A stretch of DNA of 18,239 nt, from the IMG/VR virus record IMGVR_UViG_2609459801_000018; one strand, 5' to 3'. Source of the DNA: a virus. Taxonomy: Duplodnaviria > Heunggongvirae > Uroviricota > Caudoviricetes. Below, in pieces: positions 1 through 7,969 of the stretch. Under the pieces are notes generated by a model, which saw nothing but the letters and a program-made list of their open reading frames with translations, searched no databases and was not told the origin of the DNA. The position numbers and the translations under genes were made by a program. How positions within the stretch are numbered: the stretch's first letter is position 1; each line of letters begins with the position of its first letter.

Positions 1-738
1 ATGGCAACTGCTATTCTGAACGTAGCCGGTCGCACCTTAGCCTTCATTAGTGGTAAGGCACCGGAAATCAAACCCTCGCCCGGCGGCGACACTCCATCGG
101 GGCCGTCTGATGGTGACACATCCGTTCGTACAGTCTCCCTGCTGCCGACAGCCGGAGAGGCTGCTGCGCAGGGCTGGACCATCACCGGCGGCAGTGTTGC
201 GCTGGAAGATGGTGTGTTTAAGGTTACCAAGCAGAGCAATAAAACCTGGTCCCTGATGCATCCGGTGGATGACGCAGTCTCCCTGCTGACACGGGGTGGC
301 AGACTGAGCTGTAAGTTTCGACTGTCAGGCGCACTGACCAACAACCAGTTCGGTCTGGGAATTTATCTGTATACCGATGTAGCGTTACCTGACGTCGTGG
401 CGATGACCGGGACTGGTAACCCGTTCCTGATGTCGTTCTTCACCCAGACCACAGACGGCAAACTGAATCTGATGCATCACAAGAAAGCCGGAAACACAAA
501 GTTGGGCGAGTTCGGGAATTACAGTAACGACTGGCAGACGCTGGAGCTGGTGTTCACCGCCGGCAGTGCCACGGTTACTCCGAAACTGAATGGAGTGGCT
601 GGCCCGGCATTCCAGGTCATAAAAGACAGTCTGACACTGGGGCTGAATGCGCTGACGTTAACTGATATCACTAAAAATGCCGCGTACGGCGTCGATATCG
701 GCAGCCTGGTGCTGGAAATCAATAATCCCGCAGCATAA
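1..738 (+). CDS. hypothetical protein, possibly 5'-truncated at the window edge; Gly/Thr/Ser-rich, function unknown
   Basis: 245-codon ORF starting at base 1 and ending 24 bp before the R-like gene, with an AGGAG-like RBS for the downstream gene. I recognise no family; it sits where P2 has lysis genes. Confidence 0.45.
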   Translation: MATAILNVAGRTLAFISGKAPEIKPSPGGDTPSGPSDGDTSVRTVSLLPTAGEAAAQGWTITGGSVALEDGVFKVTKQSNKTWSLMHPVDDAVSLLTRGGRLSCKFRLSGALTNNQFGLGIYLYTDVALPDVVAMTGTGNPFLMSFFTQTTDGKLNLMHHKKAGNTKLGEFGNYSNDWQTLELVFTAGSATVTPKLNGVAGPAFQVIKDSLTLGLNALTLTDITKNAAYGVDIGSLVLEINNPAA

Positions 739-761
739 GGAAGAGCAGGAGAGCAAAACAG

Positions 762-1229
762 ATGCTTAAGACAAACAGTCTGCGAGAGTCCATGCTTCAT
801 GGGTGTCGGTGGTGCCAGGCTAATCCCGAGAAATTCACCATTTTCGTGGAGAGCGGCAACATTGAAACGACCGGAGAAGCGCCCTCGTTTGTTTACCGCT
901 ATCAGATGGTGATGTTTGTCATGGATTACGCCGGAGAGCTGGACGACCTCACGCTGCCGCTGCTGGCGTGGTTATCCGAAAATCAGCCACAGTTGTTGCT
1001 CAATCCGGAGCGTAATCAGGACATCAAATTTTCTGCCGTTATCAATGACGATGACAGCGCCGATCTCCTGTTTACGCTCCCCCTGCGGGAACGCGTTCGC
1101 ATCACGCGCAACAGTCAGGGCACACCGCAGGCAGAACACCTGCCGGAGCCAAAACCCCGTCTGCCCTCTTCCGAAGGCGACTGGTCGCATGTATTCCAGG
1201 ATGTGACGTGGGGTGAAAGCGATGGATAA
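762..1229 (+). CDS. phage tail completion protein, R-like
   Basis: 155 aa, the same length as P2 gpR, directly upstream of the S-like and V genes; its stop overlaps the next start (ATGGATAA). Assignment by synteny and size, not a verified alignment. Confidence 0.55.
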   Translation: MLKTNSLRESMLHGCRWCQANPEKFTIFVESGNIETTGEAPSFVYRYQMVMFVMDYAGELDDLTLPLLAWLSENQPQLLLNPERNQDIKFSAVINDDDSADLLFTLPLRERVRITRNSQGTPQAEHLPEPKPRLPSSEGDWSHVFQDVTWGESDG

Positions 1230-1857
1230 GGCATTCACCAGCGTGGATGAAACCTTTGAGGCTATCCGCGACAGCCTGAATCAGCAGGCCATCAATAACA
1301 TCGCCAGAAAGCTGGCACAGGATTTACGTCGCGCCCAGCAGGCACGTATCCGATCACAAAAAGCGCCGGACGGGACCGAATGGACACCACGCAGACGCCG
1401 CGTAACCCGGATACAGGAGCGCATTCGCTTTATCTGGAATAACGAAGCACGCACGCTGAAAAACTGGCATCACGACACGGGGAAATACGGGCGAACCATT
1501 ACCGGGTGGGATGAGGATAAAAACAATATCCGCACGTTTTACCGGGATGACATCGACCGTTTTCTGGAAATACGCACCCGGCGCATCAACCAGGACAGCA
1601 CAAAGCGCGTCCCCATGTTTGTAAAACTGCGCACCGCCCGCTACCTGAAAGCCCGTGCAGATGCTTCCGGTGTGACGGTGGGTTACAGCGGCGTGGCCGC
1701 ACGTATTGCCCGCGTTCATCAGTTCGGTGAGCGCGATCAGGTTGCGCCGGGCATTTTCACCGATTACCCGGTACGTGAGCTGCTGGGTATCAGCCAGGCA
1801 GATGAGCGCCTGATTTATAACACGGTGCTGGGCCGGATTGCGGAGGCTGTACGGTGA
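1222..1857 (+). CDS. phage virion morphogenesis / tail completion protein, S-like
   Basis: ORF 1213-1857; the ATG at 1222 overlaps the R stop and the gene ends in GTGA overlapping the V start. Position matches P2 gpS, though it is longer than P2 S. Confidence 0.5.
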   Translation: MDKAFTSVDETFEAIRDSLNQQAINNIARKLAQDLRRAQQARIRSQKAPDGTEWTPRRRRVTRIQERIRFIWNNEARTLKNWHHDTGKYGRTITGWDEDKNNIRTFYRDDIDRFLEIRTRRINQDSTKRVPMFVKLRTARYLKARADASGVTVGYSGVAARIARVHQFGERDQVAPGIFTDYPVRELLGISQADERLIYNTVLGRIAEAVR

Positions 1858-2435
1858 GCGCAGAACTCATGCGACTGCTGAGCAATATCATCCGCACCGG
1901 GATCATCTCTGAAGTTGATGAGAAGTCCTGGCGCGTGCGCGTTCGCAGCGGCGAACTGGAAACAGGCTGGCTGCGCTGGAACACCACGCGCGCGGGAGCC
2001 TTCAATGTGTGGCTGCCGCCATCACCAGGCGAACAGGTGGTAATTGCCTGCATTGGCGGCAACCCGGAAACCGCCATGATAATTGGCAGCCTGTGGAGTG
2101 ATGCCAGTCCGGCCCCCGGCAAAAGCCTGAAAGAAATCGTGATCAGCGCGCCGGACGGCGCGGTGTTCCGCTACGACGCAGACGCTGGCGCACTGAGCGC
2201 CAGCGGCATGAAAACGGCCACTTTACAGGCATCCGTCAGCGTGAAACTGGACACGCCCGTCGTGGAATGCACAAACCTTCTGAGAACGGCGACGCTTGAC
2301 GTCACAAAAGGAGGAAAGATGAGCGGCAATATCACGCACAGCGGCGGCAACTTCACCTCAAACGGCATCACAGTGCATACGCATAAACACGGTGGCGTGA
2401 AAGGCGGCAGCGATTCGACAGGAGGCCCGCAGTGA
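1854..2435 (+). CDS. baseplate assembly protein V (central spike)
   Basis: Translation carries gpV-like motifs (IRTGII..., WLRW..RAG, C-terminal NGITVHTHKHGG resembling P2 gpV HTHKH); GTG start with a GGAGG RBS, overlapping the S stop. Confidence 0.85.
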   Translation: MSAELMRLLSNIIRTGIISEVDEKSWRVRVRSGELETGWLRWNTTRAGAFNVWLPPSPGEQVVIACIGGNPETAMIIGSLWSDASPAPGKSLKEIVISAPDGAVFRYDADAGALSASGMKTATLQASVSVKLDTPVVECTNLLRTATLDVTKGGKMSGNITHSGGNFTSNGITVHTHKHGGVKGGSDSTGGPQ

Positions 2436-2782
2436 CAACCCGCTACACAGGAATGAATCCGGACGGGACGGGAAACCTGAACGATATGGAGCACCTGAAA
2501 CAGTCAGTCAGGGATATCCTGATCACCCCGCTGGCAAGCCGGGTTATGCGACGGGAATATGGCAGCCTTGTGCCTGATTTGATTGACGAACCCATGAATA
2601 ACACAACTCGTCTGCAATGCATGAGTGCTGCCGTGATTGCGCTGACACGATGGGAACCCCGCATTGCCCTGGACGCCATCGACGTTGTCTGGAAGGCAGG
2701 AGGCCGCGCCGGGGTGACGCTGTCGGGCACTGTCATGCAGACCATGCAGAATGTTGAATTAACCATCACGCTGAGAGAGTAA
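2432..2782 (+). CDS. baseplate wedge protein W (GPW/gp25 family)
   Basis: 116 aa; the N-terminus MTTRYTGMN... and overall length match P2 gpW. GTG start overlaps the V stop, preceded by ACAGGAGG. Confidence 0.85.
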   Translation: MTTRYTGMNPDGTGNLNDMEHLKQSVRDILITPLASRVMRREYGSLVPDLIDEPMNNTTRLQCMSAAVIALTRWEPRIALDAIDVVWKAGGRAGVTLSGTVMQTMQNVELTITLRE

Positions 2783-2785
2783 ATC

Positions 2786-3682
2786 ATGCCTGCTGTTGAC
2801 CTTTCCCAGTTACCGGAACCCGCCATCATCGCGAAGCCTGATTTTGAGGCAATTCTGGCTGACACAAAGGCCATGATGATTGCGTCCTATCCTGCCGAAC
2901 AGCGTGAAGCCGTCTCCGCCGCGCTGGAGCTGGAATCGGAACCCCTGAACGTTATCGCTCAAACCATGTCTTTTCGTGAAATGCTGTTACGCCAGCGGGT
3001 TAACGAGGGCGCACGCGCCTGCATGTTAAGCCACGGTTCAGGGACAAACCTGGACAACCTCGCGGGCAATATGAACACAAAGCGCCTGGTTATCACTCCG
3101 GCAACGGATACCACCGACGCGGTGATGGAGAGCGACACCTCGCTGAGATTGCGGGCGCAACGGGCGTATGACGGCCTGAGTGTTGCTGGCCCGTCAGGTG
3201 CATACGAGTATTTTGCACGCAGCGCCAGCGGTCTGGTGCGTGATGCGCGGGCCATCAGCCCGTCTCCGGCCTGTGTGACGGTTTCCATCCTGTCCACTGA
3301 AGGCGACGGCACAGCAACGGAGGCGTTGCTTAATACCGTTCGCGCCGTTCTGAATGCAGAGGATACCCGCCCGGTGGCCGACCGCCTGACCGTACAGAGC
3401 GCCAGAATCGTGACATGGCGGCTGAATGCAAAACTGTACTTTTACCCCGGCCCGGAATCCGAACCTATTCTGGCCGCGGCTGAATCGTCGTTCAGGAAGT
3501 GGCTGGCTGAGCAGGGGCTTATCGGTCAGGACGTGGCGTTGTCCGCCATTGCTGCCGCACTGCATGTGCACGGTGTGCAACGCGTGGAGATAATCGAACC
3601 CACACAGAATATGGCCATCAGCGACATACAGGCGGCGCGCTGTGAGTCATTCACCATCAGCGAAGGTGGACGCAATGAGTAA
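2786..3682 (+). CDS. baseplate assembly protein J
   Basis: 298 aa, sitting between W and I as in P2; length and position fit gpJ. Confidence 0.8.
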   Translation: MPAVDLSQLPEPAIIAKPDFEAILADTKAMMIASYPAEQREAVSAALELESEPLNVIAQTMSFREMLLRQRVNEGARACMLSHGSGTNLDNLAGNMNTKRLVITPATDTTDAVMESDTSLRLRAQRAYDGLSVAGPSGAYEYFARSASGLVRDARAISPSPACVTVSILSTEGDGTATEALLNTVRAVLNAEDTRPVADRLTVQSARIVTWRLNAKLYFYPGPESEPILAAAESSFRKWLAEQGLIGQDVALSAIAAALHVHGVQRVEIIEPTQNMAISDIQAARCESFTISEGGRNE

Positions 3683-4283
3683 TTCGTTGTTACCACCATC
3701 AGCCAGCAATTTCATGCGTTGTGCCGAAGCCGTCGGAACACGCATTACAGACATTCCGGTAGACCTCAACACGCTGTGGTCGCCGGACACCTGCCCGGTG
3801 CATCTGCTGCCTTATCTCGCCTGGGCGTTTTCCGTTGACCGCTGGGATCGCAACTGGCCGGAAGAGACAAAGCGACAGGTGATTCGTGATGCATGGCTGA
3901 TACACCGACACAAAGGGACCATCAGCGCACTGCGAAGAGCCGTGGAGCCTCTCGGCTACCTGATTGAAGTAAAGGAGTGGTGGCAACTCAACGAGGAGCC
4001 GGGAACATTTCGCATTGTTGTCGGAGTACTTGATCAGGGCATCACCGATGAAATGCATCAGGAACTTGAGCGCCTTATTGCGGATGCAAAACCAGTAAGT
4101 CGCCATCTGACGGGGCTGGCGATCAGCCTGAGTGTGAACGGAAAGATTTTCGTTGGTACGGGATGCTATCACGGCGATGCCCTGACGGTTTATCCCTACA
4201 CCCCGGAGTCCATTATTGTCGAAGGGGACTATTTCCCTGCCCCGGCCATTCATTTAATTGATAATCTGAGAGTAAACGCATGA
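3675..4283 (+). CDS. baseplate/tail protein I
   Basis: Contains gpI-like motifs (LWSPDTCP..LLPYLAWAFSVDRWD, ERLIADAKPVSRHL). The start is chosen at the ATG at 3675, which overlaps the J stop (ATGAGTAA), rather than the ORF-track start at 3642. Confidence 0.8.
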   Translation: MSNSLLPPSASNFMRCAEAVGTRITDIPVDLNTLWSPDTCPVHLLPYLAWAFSVDRWDRNWPEETKRQVIRDAWLIHRHKGTISALRRAVEPLGYLIEVKEWWQLNEEPGTFRIVVGVLDQGITDEMHQELERLIADAKPVSRHLTGLAISLSVNGKIFVGTGCYHGDALTVYPYTPESIIVEGDYFPAPAIHLIDNLRVNA

Positions 4284-5950
4284 CAGTGAAATACTACGCT
4301 ATTCTGACTAATCAGGGCGCGGCACGACTGGCTAACGCGACGATGCTCGGCAGTAAACTGAATCTGACGCAAATGGCCGTTGGTGATGCAAATGGTGTGT
4401 TACCAACACCAGACCCTGCACAAACAAAACTGATTAACCAGAAACGCATTGCACCGCTGAATCTTCTGAGTGTTGACCCTAACAATCAGAGCCAGATTAT
4501 TGCGGAGCAAATCATCCCTGAAAACGAGGGAGGATTCTGGATCCGTGAGATTGGTCTTTATGATGATGAAGGTGCACTCATTGCGGTGGCAAACTGCCCG
4601 GAAACGTACAAACCGCAGTTGCAGGAAGGCAGTGGACGCACCCAGACTATCCGCATGATTCTGGTTGTCACGAACACCGAAGCCATCACGCTGAAAATCG
4701 ACCCGTCTGTGGTTCTGGCAACCCGCAAATATGTGGATGATAAAATATCAGAGCACGAACAATCACGACGTCACCCGGACGCCTCGCTGACCGTAAAAGG
4801 TTTTACTCAGTTAAGCAGTGCAATTAACAGTGAATCAGAAACACTGGCCGCAACACCGAAAGCGGTTAAGGCTGCATATGACCTGGCTAACGGGAAATAT
4901 ACCGCCCAGAACGCCACCACTACACAAAAAGGGATTGTTCAGCTCAGTAGCGCCACGAACAGCACGTCTGAAACGCTGGCAGCGACACCAAAAGCTGTTA
5001 AGGCGGTAATGGATGAAACGAACAAGAAAGCACCATTAAACAGCCCGGCACTGACCGGAACGCCAACAACACCAACAGCGCCACAGGGGGCTAATAGTAC
5101 CCAGATCGCAAGCACGGCTTTCGTTATGGCCGCGATTGCCGCACTTGTAGATTCGTCACCTGATGCACTGAACACGCTGAACGAACTGGCTGCGGCGCTG
5201 GGCAATGACCCGAATTTTGCGACCACCATGACTAACGCGCTTGCGGGTAAGCAACCGAAGAATGCCACCCTGACGGCGCTGGCGAAGCTTGCTACATCAG
5301 CAGATAAACTCCCATATTTTACAGGGGCAGATCGTGCCGCGTTAACCGCGTTGACAAGTGTTGGACGTGCCATTCTTGGTAAAACCAGCACTCAGGGAGT
5401 TCTTGATTACCTTGGTTTGGGGGAAGGCTCTGCACTGCCCGTTGGTGTACCTGTTCCGTGGCCCTCAGCCACTCCACCAACGGGCTGGCTGAAATGCAAC
5501 GGCGCAGCATTTTCTCCTGAAGATTACCCCAAACTGGCACAGGCTTACCCCGCGAACAAATTACCGGATCTACGGGGTGAATTTATCCGTGGCTGGGATG
5601 ATGGACGTGGCTTGGATGCTGGGCGTGCCTTGCTAAGTCTTCAGGATGACTCTTTTGAAGCGCACAGGCATGAGTCCTTTTTTTATGCGGGTATTTCACG
5701 TAATGAGATCCCATTAAAAAATCTTCCAAGTTCAGACGAGATGCTGACTTTAAGTTCCACAACTAATGCCTTGTCCCCGGACGATATTGATGCCACCAAC
5801 TCGTTAATTGGTAATGACGATTACAACTGTCTTATCGAAGGGAATAAAAATAACAAACGAACAGCGACAGGACTGAGTACCAGTATTGTCGGCACAGCAG
5901 AAACACGCCCCCGCAACGTTGCATTCAATTACATCGTAAGAGCCGCATGA
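4280..5950 (+). CDS. tail fibre protein H; constant N-terminal part (to about 5416) fused to the currently expressed variable C-terminal cassette A (5417-5950)
   Basis: 556 aa. The N-terminal ~370 aa resemble P2 gpH, including the duplicated QLSSA.NS.SETLAATPKAVKA motif; the C-terminal part begins LGEGSALPVGVPVPWP, the conserved cassette head. ATG overlaps the I stop. Confidence 0.9.
   Translation: MTVKYYAILTNQGAARLANATMLGSKLNLTQMAVGDANGVLPTPDPAQTKLINQKRIAPLNLLSVDPNNQSQIIAEQIIPENEGGFWIREIGLYDDEGALIAVANCPETYKPQLQEGSGRTQTIRMILVVTNTEAITLKIDPSVVLATRKYVDDKISEHEQSRRHPDASLTVKGFTQLSSAINSESETLAATPKAVKAAYDLANGKYTAQNATTTQKGIVQLSSATNSTSETLAATPKAVKAVMDETNKKAPLNSPALTGTPTTPTAPQGANSTQIASTAFVMAAIAALVDSSPDALNTLNELAAALGNDPNFATTMTNALAGKQPKNATLTALAKLATSADKLPYFTGADRAALTALTSVGRAILGKTSTQGVLDYLGLGEGSALPVGVPVPWPSATPPTGWLKCNGAAFSPEDYPKLAQAYPANKLPDLRGEFIRGWDDGRGLDAGRALLSLQDDSFEAHRHESFFYAGISRNEIPLKNLPSSDEMLTLSSTTNALSPDDIDATNSLIGNDDYNCLIEGNKNNKRTATGLSTSIVGTAETRPRNVAFNYIVRAA
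5400..5425 (+). other. invertase crossover site 1 (TTCTTGATTACC-TT-GGTTTGGGGGAA), inside the H gene
   Basis: 26-bp hix/gix-like site; the conserved half-site GGTTTGGGGGAA (complement TTCCCCCAAACC) is shared with the four other copies; the left half-site TTCTTGA resembles hixL. Confidence 0.75.
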
Positions 5951-5969
5951 AAACGTTGGTTTGGGGGAA
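5944..5969 (+). other. invertase crossover site 2 (direct orientation relative to site 1)
   Basis: CGCATGAAAACG-TT-GGTTTGGGGGAA; the stop codon of H (TGA, 5948-5950) lies inside the site. Confidence 0.75.
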
Positions 5970-6437
5970 GGCTCTGCACTGCCCGTTGGTGTGCCTGTTC
6001 CATGGCCCTTAGCAACACCACCAACGGGCTGGCTGAAATGTAACGGTGCAGCATTTTCTTCTGAAATGTACCCCAAACTGGCAAAAGCCTACCCCACTAA
6101 TAAATTACCGGATTTACGCGGAGAATTTATCCGTGGCTGGGATGATGGGCGAGGAATTGATGCGGCACGCGCTTTATTGAGCATTCAAAACGGGATGTTG
6201 GAAAAACACCGCCATATTGTTGTAGCTAACGATGGATATGACACAAAAGATGAATGGGAGTTGGCTACGATTTTCAAAAAAACATATACACAAGGCAGGG
6301 GGCTTGATGCCACAAATACAGGAGGGAGTTTGATTCCATCACCAACGCTTCATTCACGAGGAAGTATTGGTAACACAGGTGGTAGTGAAACCCGCCCCCG
6401 CAATATTGCATTTAACTATATCGTGAGGGCGGCTTAG
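5961..6437 (+). CDS. alternative tail-fibre C-terminal cassette B (silent; no ATG, the ORF-track start is TTG)
   Basis: 158 codons, open, beginning LGEGSALPVGVPVPWP...GEFIRGWDDGRG and ending ETRPRNIAFNYIVRAA like the other cassettes. Confidence 0.7.
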   Translation: MGEGSALPVGVPVPWPLATPPTGWLKCNGAAFSSEMYPKLAKAYPTNKLPDLRGEFIRGWDDGRGIDAARALLSIQNGMLEKHRHIVVANDGYDTKDEWELATIFKKTYTQGRGLDATNTGGSLIPSPTLHSRGSIGNTGGSETRPRNIAFNYIVRAA

Positions 6438-6443
6438 TTATAT

Positions 6444-7055
6444 TCAACTGGCTGCTGCCAGTGGTATTTCCGGCAAGTTGATATCTGGTACCATGTTTAT
6501 ATCCATTGCGTTCAGCGCGTCTATATAATCCAGCACGGCATTAAGCCGGGTGGTTTCTGCCTGCGTCAACTTCCGCCCGGCCTGCAACTTCAACTGAATC
6601 AGACTTATGGAAGCCATTGCCGCATCAGCCAGTGACTGGCGCTTGGTTTCTGCCGCTTCTACTGCGGCACGATGTTGTGCCTCAGTATCTGTCACCCATT
6701 TTTCACCATCCCATTTATCGTATGGTGTTAACGGGGCGATAGTGGTTGTAGTTTTCGGGTAGTCACCCAGCGCCGTGATTTCTTCGGTGTTTCCCGTGTC
6801 AGTGCTATAGACGGTTTCACCACGATGGTCTGGCGCATACTCCCATGAACTTAAATTCTCCGAACGGCGGATAGCATAGCCCGCTTTATGTGCGCCCGGG
6901 GCATCTAAACAGGAATTTGCCGGAATACCGACACCCACAGCAAGATATTCAGTTGATTCGGAAATATATTCCCGTGTCTCACCATCATAGTTATAAACGA
7001 CGATGTTTCCTGCCTGTACGGCAATAAGGTCATCATTTAATATCGCGTTATTCAT
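6444..7055 (-). CDS. tail fibre assembly protein (P2 gpG / Mu U family chaperone)
   Basis: 203 aa with a tfa-like C-terminus; its ATG overlaps the stop of cassette C (TAATG), so it is translationally coupled to that cassette. Confidence 0.8.
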   Translation of the reverse strand: MNNAILNDDLIAVQAGNIVVYNYDGETREYISESTEYLAVGVGIPANSCLDAPGAHKAGYAIRRSENLSSWEYAPDHRGETVYSTDTGNTEEITALGDYPKTTTTIAPLTPYDKWDGEKWVTDTEAQHRAAVEAAETKRQSLADAAMASISLIQLKLQAGRKLTQAETTRLNAVLDYIDALNAMDINMVPDINLPEIPLAAAS

Positions 7056-7513
7056 TATGCGGTTCTCACAATATAATTGAAGGCAATATTGCGTGGGCGG
7101 TTTTCATTCCCATCTGAGGATTCCGTTCTGTATTGACTGGTAAATCTACCGTTAATTGCACCTTGCCGGACGGCGTTATCTGTCGACAACAGACTATCCC
7201 CTCTTTTGTCATTTGGCACCAGTACCGTGTTATCCCACGCATCCCATGACCGAATATTATGATAATGACTTCCTGTTAACCACCCCTGCATGCTTAAGAT
7301 GCCCCTTCCGGCATCCACCCCGCGCCCATCATCCCAGCCACGGATAAACTCACCGCGTAAATCAGGTAATTTTAACGTTGGGTAAACCTTTGCCAGATTT
7401 GGGTACATTTCAGAAGAAAATGCTGCACCGTTACATTTCAGCCAGCCCGTTGGTGGTGTGGCTGAGGGCCATGGAACAGGCACACCAACGGGCAGTGCAG
7501 AGCCTTCCCCCAA
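7055..7513 (-). CDS. alternative tail-fibre C-terminal cassette C (silent, inverted), paired with the tfa gene
   Basis: 152 codons, open, with the conserved head and the conserved tail ENRPRNIAFNYIVRTA; starts at the TTG within site 3. Confidence 0.7.
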   Translation of the reverse strand: MGEGSALPVGVPVPWPSATPPTGWLKCNGAAFSSEMYPNLAKVYPTLKLPDLRGEFIRGWDDGRGVDAGRGILSMQGWLTGSHYHNIRSWDAWDNTVLVPNDKRGDSLLSTDNAVRQGAINGRFTSQYRTESSDGNENRPRNIAFNYIVRTA

Positions 7514-7530
7514 ACCAACGTTTTCATGCT
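7505..7530 (-). other. invertase crossover site 3 (inverted relative to site 1)
   Basis: Plus strand reads TTCCCCCAAACC-AA-CGTTTTCATGCT; contains the stop codon of cassette D. Confidence 0.75.
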
Positions 7531-7952
7531 GCCCTTACGATGTAATTAAACGCAATATTACGAGGACGAATGGTTACATAATTGACCCCATCACCTCGTG
7601 AAGGTCCTGCAAATGAAAAACGGGAAAAGCTTGGTTGGTTAGAAACAATTTGGTCATAGTTATTGATTGAATGACCAGACCCAATGTCGAAATTACCTCC
7701 GTAATGAGAAAAACTTGTACCATCCTGCCCTGAAAGCAGGGTACGTCCCGCATCAATCCCGCGCCCATCATCCCAGCCACGGATAAATTCACCCCGTAAA
7801 TCCGGTAATTTATTGGTGGGGTAAGCCTTTGCCAGTCCGGGATACATTTCAGAAGAAAATGCTGCGCCGTTACATTTCAGCCAGCCCGTTGGTGGTGTTG
7901 CTGAGGACCACGGAACGGGCACACCAACGGGCAGCGCAGAGCCTTTCCCCAA
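7524..7952 (-). CDS. alternative tail-fibre C-terminal cassette D (silent, inverted)
   Basis: 142 codons, open; head is GKGSALPVGVPVPW (K in place of E), tail is RPRNIAFNYIVRAA. Confidence 0.7.
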   Translation of the reverse strand: MGKGSALPVGVPVPWSSATPPTGWLKCNGAAFSSEMYPGLAKAYPTNKLPDLRGEFIRGWDDGRGIDAGRTLLSGQDGTSFSHYGGNFDIGSGHSINNYDQIVSNQPSFSRFSFAGPSRGDGVNYVTIRPRNIAFNYIVRAA

Positions 7953-7969
7953 ACCAACGTTTTCATGCT
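7944..7969 (-). other. invertase crossover site 4 (inverted; one mismatch in the conserved half-site, TTTCCCC instead of TTCCCCC)
   Basis: Plus strand reads TTTCCCCAAACC-AA-CGTTTTCATGCT; contains the stop codon of cassette E. Confidence 0.7.

Noticed and set aside
519-2494. Minus-strand ORFs (519-800, 972-1238, 1354-1719, 1790-2122, 2171-2494) opposite the R/S/V genes
   Set aside because: Antisense to collinear, translationally coupled phage genes; no independent support.
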